A stretch of DNA of 24,000 nucleotides, taken from an uncultured Gammaproteobacteria bacterium (GTDB lineage: Bacteria; Patescibacteriota; Microgenomatia; UBA12405). Positions 15,524 through 21,856 of the stretch are shown here, piece after piece (position 1 is the stretch's first letter; each line of letters begins with the position of its first letter). The position numbers were made by a program, and so were the translations under genes. Location: NCBI GenBank assembly GCA_964516665.1, contig CAZEXG010000001.1:1-24000 (forward strand), given 5' to 3'. Below the pieces are notes generated by a model. That model saw only the letters and a list, made by a program, of their open reading frames with translations, had not been told where the DNA came from and made no database searches.

Positions 15524-15792
15524 TCTTTCAGTTTAGCACGCAACTTGTCAAAATATTTTTTTGTATTTTCCACTTTTATAAATTTTCCCTTCCCGCTCTT
15601 AGCCTCCCTAATATTTTTCCAAGTCTCTGTAGAAAAATCTAAATCTTCACTTTCCTCTAAATCCTTTACAAAAAGGTACTTAGCAAAACCAGCCAAAGTC
15701 AAGCCATATTTACTAGCTCTTTTTTCAATCATTTTCTTCAAATTAATTGATAGATTTATTTTTATCTGACTTTGTTTTGCTTCCATAGCCAA
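15520..15792 (-). CDS. Type II antitoxin, ribbon-helix-helix (CopG/RelB/ParD-like)
   Basis: 90 aa. The N-terminal IKINLSINLKKMIEKRASKYGLTLAGFAKYLFV fits a beta-strand/helix/helix RHH layout, followed by an acidic middle segment. Position and overlap with the toxin gene are typical of such pairs. Confidence 0.65.
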   Translation of the reverse strand: MAMEAKQSQIKINLSINLKKMIEKRASKYGLTLAGFAKYLFVKDLEESEDLDFSTETWKNIREAKSGKGKFIKVENTKKYFDKLRAKLKE

Positions 15793-15829
15793 TTATAGTC
15801 CCTATTTCAGTACTTTTCCAGTACCCATT

Positions 15830-17017
15830 TTATTTCAAAATTATTTTTGCTATCTTTTTTCCCACTTCCTCAAATTCCTTTTCCTTCCATCCCCTTGTTG
15901 TCATCGCCGGCGTCCCGATTCTAATTCCCGATGGCTTAAATGGCCCAGCTTCATCATGCGGAATTGTATTAGCATTAACAATAATCCCGTTTTCTTCCAA
16001 TTTTACGGCTATTTCTTTTCCCCGTTCAAAACCACAATCAACCACCATTAAATGATTTTCCGTCCCAAAAACTTTTAATCCCTCTCTTTTCAAGCTCTCA
16101 GCCAACACTTTAGTATTCTTAACTACTTGCTCTGCATATTTTTTAAATTCTGAACTTTCTGCTTCCTCAAAAGCCACTACCATGGCCGCAATATTATTCA
16201 CATGTGGTCCACCCTGTAATCCTGGAAATACTGCCTTGTCTATTTTTTTATTTAATTCCGGATCCTTATTTAATCCCAGTTTTGTTACCCCAATAATTGC
16301 CCCTCTCGGCCCTCTAAGACTCTTATGTGTTGTTGATGTAATAACATGGACATAATCCACCGGACTCGGGTGCACCCCGCCCACTACCAATCCAGCAATA
16401 TGGGAAATATCTGCCACCAACCACGCCCCCACACTCTCGGCAATTTTGCCAAACTTCTCCCAATCAATTATCCATGGGTATGCCGTTGTCCCCGCAAATA
16501 TTAATTTTGGTTTTTCTTCCTTTACTAATTCTGCTAATTTTTCATAATCAATCCGTCCCTCCTCGTCCACATCATACTGAGCAGAGTCGAAGTACTTTCC
16601 CGAAAAAGTAATTTTCGGATGACCATGGGTTAAATGTCCTCCGGCCGATAATTTCATTCCACAAATCTTTTCACCTGGCTCCACCAAGGCCATCAACACC
16701 GCACTGTTGGCCGGACTGCCAGAATAAGGTTGAACATTAATGTGTTCCACTCCAAACAATTTCCTGCCTCTTTCCATCGCTAAATTTTCTATTTCATCCA
16801 CAATTTTATTGCCCTGATAATATCTTTTTCCCGGATATCCCTCGGCATACTTATTAGTTAATACCGATCCTAAAGCCTTTTTAACATTCTCCGATACAAA
16901 ATTTTCACTCGGAATTAACCTAATTGTTTCCGCCTGATATTTTTCTTCCTCTAAAATCAAGTCAAAGATTTTATCCATGTTGTAGTATTCTACCTCGGGA
17001 CTCGGCATCATTTCCAA
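15830..17017 (-). CDS. glyA: Serine hydroxymethyltransferase
   Basis: LIPSENFVSENVKKALGSVLTNKYAEGYPGKRYYQG and the PLP-lysine motif TSTTHKSLRGPRG. The start could instead be ATG 16978 (MDKIFDLILEEE...), which would abut the stop of the small upstream ORF. Confidence 0.92.
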   Translation of the reverse strand: MEMMPSPEVEYYNMDKIFDLILEEEKYQAETIRLIPSENFVSENVKKALGSVLTNKYAEGYPGKRYYQGNKIVDEIENLAMERGRKLFGVEHINVQPYSGSPANSAVLMALVEPGEKICGMKLSAGGHLTHGHPKITFSGKYFDSAQYDVDEEGRIDYEKLAELVKEEKPKLIFAGTTAYPWIIDWEKFGKIAESVGAWLVADISHIAGLVVGGVHPSPVDYVHVITSTTHKSLRGPRGAIIGVTKLGLNKDPELNKKIDKAVFPGLQGGPHVNNIAAMVVAFEEAESSEFKKYAEQVVKNTKVLAESLKREGLKVFGTENHLMVVDCGFERGKEIAVKLEENGIIVNANTIPHDEAGPFKPSGIRIGTPAMTTRGWKEKEFEEVGKKIAKIILK

Positions 17018-17150
17018 GATGTTGTGGCACCTCTTTTATTTTCCAAATACATTCACTGGCAAAACGGCACTCCGGCATCTGACACAAAGCTTTTGGATCC
17101 GCCTTGTCCCCTTCAAAACATCCAGCTCTTTTTATCTCTTTTTTTTCCAT
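16971..17150 (-). CDS. Hypothetical 59-aa Cys-rich protein (not in the ORF track)
   Basis: Hand translation: MEKKEIKRAGCFEGDKADPKALCQMPECRFASECIWKIKEVPQHLGNDAESRGRILQHG. It starts 7 nt after the tmk-like stop. Its TAA (16971-16973) sits against the alternative glyA ATG (16976-16978). Four Cys residues. CFEGDK echoes CWEGDK in the ThyX C-terminal extension. Confidence 0.35.
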   Translation of the reverse strand: MEKKEIKRAGCFEGDKADPKALCQMPECRFASECIWKIKEVPQHLGNDAESRGRILQHG

Positions 17151-17156
17151 ATACTT

Positions 17157-17765
17157 TTATACAATATTTCTTCTTTTAATTTCCACTTCTATTAATTTCA
17201 CACTTTCATCAATTTCCCTCCCTAACTCTCCGTATTTGGCCGTCACCATCTTCCATCCATATCTTTTAGCCAAATCCAGGTGTATTCTCCTGCCTCTTTG
17301 CCAACCTTCATCACCTATTGCTTCGTGCTTGTGGTTAACCTCAATTCCATTTTTAAACCTTTCTCCATCTAACAAAATACTTAAGTCGGGCTCTAATTGC
17401 CCATTATTTATCTCTTCCATTTCTTCAATTGTTGCCCCGGATATTATTCCCCAAGCCTTTCCAGTTCCGTGGTAATCCTCCAACACCGCAATTCTTCCCT
17501 GACTCATTCTTATTAACTCCGGCTCAAAATCAAGCCGATTTTGGGCAAATATTCTCTGTGCCTCCATCGCCGTCAATCCCTCAGGATTTCCTTCTCGCAA
17601 ATAAGCATTTATTTTCCGTCCACTCGGAATATCATAAATTGGATATTTCAAACAAAAGGCTCTATCCCCCAATTTTTCTACCATACCAGCCACCACCGCA
17701 CTCTTGCCAATATTATTCATCCCGTACACCGCCACAATCAACCCCTTCTCACTCATTTTTTTCAT
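17157..17765 (-). CDS. tmk: Thymidylate kinase-like P-loop kinase
   Basis: 202 aa. Walker A GMNNIGKS, YP....SGRKINAYL, FAQNR, a DRY-like EDYHGTG, and PDLSILLD. This pattern matches archaeal/eukaryotic-type dTMP kinases. Overlaps thyX by 17 nt. Confidence 0.7.
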   Translation of the reverse strand: MKKMSEKGLIVAVYGMNNIGKSAVVAGMVEKLGDRAFCLKYPIYDIPSGRKINAYLREGNPEGLTAMEAQRIFAQNRLDFEPELIRMSQGRIAVLEDYHGTGKAWGIISGATIEEMEEINNGQLEPDLSILLDGERFKNGIEVNHKHEAIGDEGWQRGRRIHLDLAKRYGWKMVTAKYGELGREIDESVKLIEVEIKRRNIV

Positions 17766-18531
17766 CTAAAAAACTTAAATCATTTCTAATCCCTGGCTTA
17801 AACCGATGCCCTTCTCTTTTTCTCAGCTCCGCCCCTTCAATCGCCTTCCATAAACCACAACTTTTATCACCCTCCCAACAAATTCCTTCTCTTTTACATG
17901 ATGGACCAATATTACCAAATAAGGCAGGTGCTTCTTTTCTCACTAATTTTGCCATGCCAATGGCCATATTTCTTATTTCTCCTTGAGCTCGTCTACATAA
18001 TCTTTCTGTAAAAAAAGGTCCAGCCAATTCTCTCGCATTCATAGTAAATACTAATTTACATTCGGTATCCAAGCCCAACCTCCCTCTGGCATCCTCTGCT
18101 TTTATCCCCAACTGTAACAATTTTCGATAAATTTCCTCTGCCTGATTCGCGCTCTCCATATAAAGTTTTAGTGCTTCCGGGTTTCTTCTAACCGCCTCTG
18201 GGACAATTATTTGCAGTTCCTCTCTAGACAAATCTACATATCTCATCGATTCCATCGAATAGCTAGCCAATCGGTGACGAGTTAATTGTTGAGCCGCTGC
18301 TCGGGAAATTCCTTCCACCGCAAAGGTAAAACCAGCATGCTCCGTCGTTGATGTATGTCCCACGGATTCAACCATCTCAATCAACTCTCTTTTTTTTTGA
18401 GGAGAAATTTTCTCCATCAAACCCACCGCTGACAAATTACTGTAACATCTCCTAATTGCCACCCCAACTATCTGTTCCGGATCTGTAGTTGCTCCAAGAA
18501 GGTAAACATTCATTATCGCCTCTTTTGCCAT
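17749..18531 (-). CDS. thyX: Flavin-dependent thymidylate synthase ThyX with Cys-rich C-terminal extension
   Basis: ThyX signature RHRLASYSMESMRYV (RHR-x7-S-x-R). The C-terminal ~50 aa contain GPSCKREGICWEGDKSCGLW. Confidence 0.9.
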   Translation of the reverse strand: MAKEAIMNVYLLGATTDPEQIVGVAIRRCYSNLSAVGLMEKISPQKKRELIEMVESVGHTSTTEHAGFTFAVEGISRAAAQQLTRHRLASYSMESMRYVDLSREELQIIVPEAVRRNPEALKLYMESANQAEEIYRKLLQLGIKAEDARGRLGLDTECKLVFTMNARELAGPFFTERLCRRAQGEIRNMAIGMAKLVRKEAPALFGNIGPSCKREGICWEGDKSCGLWKAIEGAELRKREGHRFKPGIRNDLSFLDEKNE

Positions 18532-18620
18532 TTATCCATTTTTACTCCCCCAACAAATCCCCAACAATCATCTTATCTGTATCAAATTTTCTTTCTGCGG
18601 TTAATTTTCAGAAATGACTC

Positions 18621-19322
18621 TTATTTCAATTCAAACACTACCGTCAAATTCTTATAAACAGTGCTGCTTCCCGCTTCACTTACCGCTCCGCCACCCATAC
18701 CGGAATCAGCTCTCATACTATACACCGGATAATTTACTGAAGTTCCGCTATCATTAACGCTCAAAACTTCACCCAACTTTCTTCCCGAAGCTTTGGCAAT
18801 ACTTTCCGCTTTTTCTTTGGCATCCTTTATTGCCGCATCATATAAACCTTTCTCCACCTGATTAGTATCATCCATTCTAAAATTGGGACCGTAGACATTA
18901 TTTGCCCCACTCTTTGCTAATAAATCTGCAAATTGATTCGCTTTATCTACTTCCCTTAACGTCACTTCAATCGTATTATTTACCTGCCATTGTCCTGGAT
19001 TCATTCCCCCTTTTGGTTCCTGATAATAACTCATATTTTGTGTTTTTATGTCCGTTTCAGCAATTCCAAAATCCTTCACTGATTTAACCAGTTCACCCAT
19101 CTTACTATTCATCTCCTCAATCGCCTTATTTTTATCCATATTCTGCGCCATTACCCCTGCTGAAAAAGACGCCACCTGATTCTTTTCCTGGCTCCTTGCC
19201 TCACCATTGACCGTTACAGTCTCTGCTGGCTGCCAGCTAATCTTTCCCCAATTTACCCTGTTCCAGGGTACTATCCAAACTAAAGCTAAAACCAAGACTA
19301 TGGTACTGATTATTTTTTTCAT
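18621..19322 (-). CDS. SIMPL/DUF541-family secreted or periplasmic protein
   Basis: 233 aa. N-terminal signal/anchor KKIISTIVLVLALVWIV, with body sequence typical of the 26-kDa periplasmic immunogenic protein family (FSAGV..., DIKTQNMSYYQ, NNVYGPNFRMDD). Confidence 0.7.
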   Translation of the reverse strand: MKKIISTIVLVLALVWIVPWNRVNWGKISWQPAETVTVNGEARSQEKNQVASFSAGVMAQNMDKNKAIEEMNSKMGELVKSVKDFGIAETDIKTQNMSYYQEPKGGMNPGQWQVNNTIEVTLREVDKANQFADLLAKSGANNVYGPNFRMDDTNQVEKGLYDAAIKDAKEKAESIAKASGRKLGEVLSVNDSGTSVNYPVYSMRADSGMGGGAVSEAGSSTVYKNLTVVFELK

Positions 19323-19348
19323 TAATTAATTATAGAGTATAATTAATT

Positions 19349-20092
19349 ATGTTTACCATCCCCATAATTGTCTTAATTCTCTTTCTCCTGCTTAAATCAA
19401 TTGTTATTGTTAATCAATACGAACGCGGTATCATCCTAACTTTAGGCACTTATTCTTATACTCTCGGACCTGGTCTCCGTTTGGTTATTCCTCTTATTCA
19501 ACGAGTCATCAAAGTCGATATTCGTATCAATACTCTTGACATTCCCAAACAAGAAATTATTACCAAAGACAATGTGGCTGTTTCCATCAATGCCGTCGTT
19601 TATTTTCAAGTCACCAAGCCTGAAGATGCTATCCTCAAAGTTCGCGACTTTACCTATGCCGTTTCCCAATATGCCCAAACCGCCCTTCGCGATGTCATTG
19701 GCGGCATTGATCTCGATTCCCTTCTTTCCGATCGCCAAAAAATCAGTGACGAAATCAAAACTATTGTCGACCAGGAGACTGCTGAATGGGGTCTCGATGT
19801 TACCTCTATTAAACTTCAAGATGTAGCTGTTCCCGACAACATGAAACGGGTCATGGCTAAACAGGCCGAAGCCGAAAGAGAGCGGCGGGCAACCATTATT
19901 CGCGCTGATGGAGAATTAACCGCTTCTGAAAATTTACAAAAGGCCATGGAAAAACTCAGTGCCAGTGGTGCCATTAGTCTCCGTTCTTTACAAACCATTG
20001 AAAACGCCACCAACGGTCCCAACAACACCGTTATCTTTGGCATTCCCTTAGACATACTAGACGGTTTAAAAAATCTCTCTAAGTCAAAATAA
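19349..20092 (+). CDS. SPFH/band-7 (stomatin/slipin-like) membrane protein
   Basis: 247 aa. N-terminal TM helix, then VNQYERGIILTLG, PKQEIITKDNVAVSINAVVYFQV, and a coiled AEAERERRA segment. Confidence 0.88.
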   Translation: MFTIPIIVLILFLLLKSIVIVNQYERGIILTLGTYSYTLGPGLRLVIPLIQRVIKVDIRINTLDIPKQEIITKDNVAVSINAVVYFQVTKPEDAILKVRDFTYAVSQYAQTALRDVIGGIDLDSLLSDRQKISDEIKTIVDQETAEWGLDVTSIKLQDVAVPDNMKRVMAKQAEAERERRATIIRADGELTASENLQKAMEKLSASGAISLRSLQTIENATNGPNNTVIFGIPLDILDGLKNLSKSK

Positions 20093-20094
20093 TA

Positions 20095-20140
20095 TATCAA
20101 AAGATATCATTGTATAGATCTGAAGCTATCAAAAGATATC
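20095..20140. repeat. Two exact copies of a 14-nt near-palindromic motif TATCAAAAGATATC
   Basis: Copy 1 is at 20095-20108, in the 14-nt gap between the convergent SPFH and 130-aa genes. Copy 2 is at 20127-20140, inside the 3' end of the 130-aa gene. Each copy can form a TATC-AAAA-GATA hairpin. Confidence 0.5.
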
Positions 20141-20499
20141 GATTGATCTTTTATCTTGGCCTCTACTATTGCTCCTATTACTTCTCCCCCTTCTGTTTTT
20201 CTGGCTAGAAAAATATGAGCGTATTCTAAAGTCTCCCCTCTATTTTCAATATCGATTTTATTAATTTCCACCCCGTCAACACATTGTTTTTCATATTCAC
20301 CCATCCATTTTTCTCCCGCCTCACTCTCGCCTCGCAGCTGTCTTCCTTCAAGATACCATTCTCCCGCCATTTTACTCCATAAATCCTGCCAGGACAATGA
20401 ATTATCACCTCTTTCTTCACCTATTGATTTCACTGTCGCCATTATTTTTAAAATCTCTTCATCTACTCTTTTTTTGCCAAATTCATTACCTACTTCCAT
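20107..20499 (-). CDS. Hypothetical protein (130 aa), no recognisable domain
   Basis: ORF with SD-like GAGGT about 9 nt upstream of the ATG, 14 nt after the stop of the 281-aa gene. Likely co-transcribed with it. Confidence 0.55.
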   Translation of the reverse strand: MEVGNEFGKKRVDEEILKIMATVKSIGEERGDNSLSWQDLWSKMAGEWYLEGRQLRGESEAGEKWMGEYEKQCVDGVEINKIDIENRGETLEYAHIFLARKTEGGEVIGAIVEAKIKDQSISFDSFRSIQ

Positions 20500-20513
20500 T
20501 GTCTAATTTTACC

Positions 20514-21359
20514 TCATTTTTTGTCACATATCGGACATTTATCTCCTGAATACCAGCAACCGCACTTTTTACAATAATTTAACCCTTCTGTGTTCCCTAC
20601 CAGAAATCTAATTCCCTCAACTCCCCTCATCGCTATTGTCCCAATTCCTCTGCCTATTTCTTGGCTCAGCCAGGATCCGCCATGATCCCCCGCCACATTC
20701 AATCTATACCCCATTCTTGCCATTTCCTTTTCAAATAAGACATTATTTCCTCTCATTTTTACTTTTATCTCCTCCACTTTATCCGCAATCCTCCTCATGT
20801 TTTTATCCACCCGACCACTTTCAATTTCGTCCCAAATTACCATAAATTCTGGCATCAATTCCCGACATTTGTCAATCCATTTTTGCCCTTCATTGACCTT
20901 ATAACCTATTGGTTGCCTTCTTAATGATTCGACTCCTACTATTGGATCCATTGATACCCCCTCAAACTCAAGTAATCTTTCTCCTAGCTCTATTGATTTA
21001 TTTTCGTCAAGTAATAATGGTACCGCCCAGGAATCAAAACTCATTGCCTCTCCGTCAGGCAAAATAATATTTAGCCTTCCCTCCTCGTATATTTCACTTT
21101 TTGGACTTACCCAAACAATTAAATTAAACCCATCTCTAGCCAACTCAAAACAATTTTGGGTTGCTTCCTTCTCCGCCTCTGCATGTTTGTTATAGCTCCA
21201 ATTATCCTTCTCTATTCTATTTTTACAGTATTTTTCCGCGTGAACAATCCTTTCACTCACTTTTACTCCATTTCTTTCTTCCTGATACACCCGAGCTATC
21301 ACTTCAGCACCAGTCTTCCGAATATCAAAATATGCTTTAAAAGATTCTTTATTATTCAT
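20514..21359 (-). CDS. Hypothetical protein (281 aa) with C-terminal zinc ribbon
   Basis: The C-terminus CKKCGCWYSGDKCPICDKK has two CxxC pairs. I do not recognise the rest. It lies directly downstream of the G+C-rich RNA element at 21360-21425. Confidence 0.65.
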   Translation of the reverse strand: MNNKESFKAYFDIRKTGAEVIARVYQEERNGVKVSERIVHAEKYCKNRIEKDNWSYNKHAEAEKEATQNCFELARDGFNLIVWVSPKSEIYEEGRLNIILPDGEAMSFDSWAVPLLLDENKSIELGERLLEFEGVSMDPIVGVESLRRQPIGYKVNEGQKWIDKCRELMPEFMVIWDEIESGRVDKNMRRIADKVEEIKVKMRGNNVLFEKEMARMGYRLNVAGDHGGSWLSQEIGRGIGTIAMRGVEGIRFLVGNTEGLNYCKKCGCWYSGDKCPICDKK

Positions 21360-21425
21360 GCTCGTGAATTAGGCTCGGGCTATTACCGTAGCGGCACTGC
21401 GAGGGAATCCCACCCTACTTCTGTT
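21360..21425 (-). promoter_or_regulatory. G+C-rich structured element resembling the cobalamin riboswitch core (candidate, incomplete)
   Basis: The minus strand reads ACAGAAGTAGGGTGGGATTCCCTCGCAGTGCCGCTACGGTAATAGCCCGAGCCTAATTCACGAGC, then ATG. The hairpin AGGG-TGGGATT-CCCT plus GCAGTGCCGCTACGGTAA follows the conserved cobalamin-aptamer string as I recall it (GGUG..AAUCC ... GC.G..C.GC.(A)C.GUAA). I could not find a convincing B12 box, and the 73-nt intergenic gap is short for a full aptamer. The context, directly after nrdJ-pduO, raises the prior. Confidence 0.35.
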
Positions 21426-21432
21426 GTAAATT

Positions 21433-21855
21433 TTATCTTTCTGCTTTTAATGCCAATAAATAAATAAAATCAGACAACCTGTTTAAATAAATCACACTAT
21501 TTTTATCAAAAACTTTTGCTGCCACTACTTTTCTTTCCGCCCGCCTCGCTATCGTCCTCGCCCAGTTTAATTTTAAAGCCTTTTCCTTTTTAAAAATTAC
21601 AAATTTATTCCCCACCACCACTTCCTCTTCTAAATTAATTATTTCCTCCTCTAATTCTTTTATTCTCTCCCCCATCTCTTTTCTTCCCATAATTTCATAA
21701 ATATCATTCTGTGATTTTTCTAACCCAACTAATCCAAGCACTGCCTGCAACTCGTCCAAAGTCCCCACTGCCTCTAATATTTTTCCACCTTTACTCACCC
21801 TCTTTTCAAAGTAATTACTTCTCCCCCCATCCCCTTTTTTAGTTGTTATCGACAT
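21433..21855 (-). CDS. pduO: PduO-type ATP:cob(I)alamin adenosyltransferase
   Basis: From ATG 21855: MSITTKKGDGGRSNYFEKRVSKGGKILEAVGTLDELQAVLGLVG. This matches the PduO-type N-terminus pattern (T..GD.G.T.L..G.RV.K....IEA.GT.DEL). The ATG lies 1 nt after the nrdJ stop. The track's longer ORF (to 21963) would overlap nrdJ by 107 nt and is not preferred. Confidence 0.8.
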   Translation of the reverse strand: MSITTKKGDGGRSNYFEKRVSKGGKILEAVGTLDELQAVLGLVGLEKSQNDIYEIMGRKEMGERIKELEEEIINLEEEVVVGNKFVIFKKEKALKLNWARTIARRAERKVVAAKVFDKNSVIYLNRLSDFIYLLALKAER

Positions 21856-21856
21856 C

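Noticed and set aside
17104-17986. Plus-strand ORFs of 123, 185 and 82 aa
   Set aside because: They are antisense to the tmk-like and thyX genes and have Pro/Ser/Leu-rich shadow-ORF composition.
19323-19348. TATAAT (19338-19343) 5 nt before the SPFH ATG as a leaderless-mRNA promoter
   Set aside because: The whole 26-nt divergent gap is A/T-only, so a TATAAT match is expected by chance. There is no -35 element to support it.
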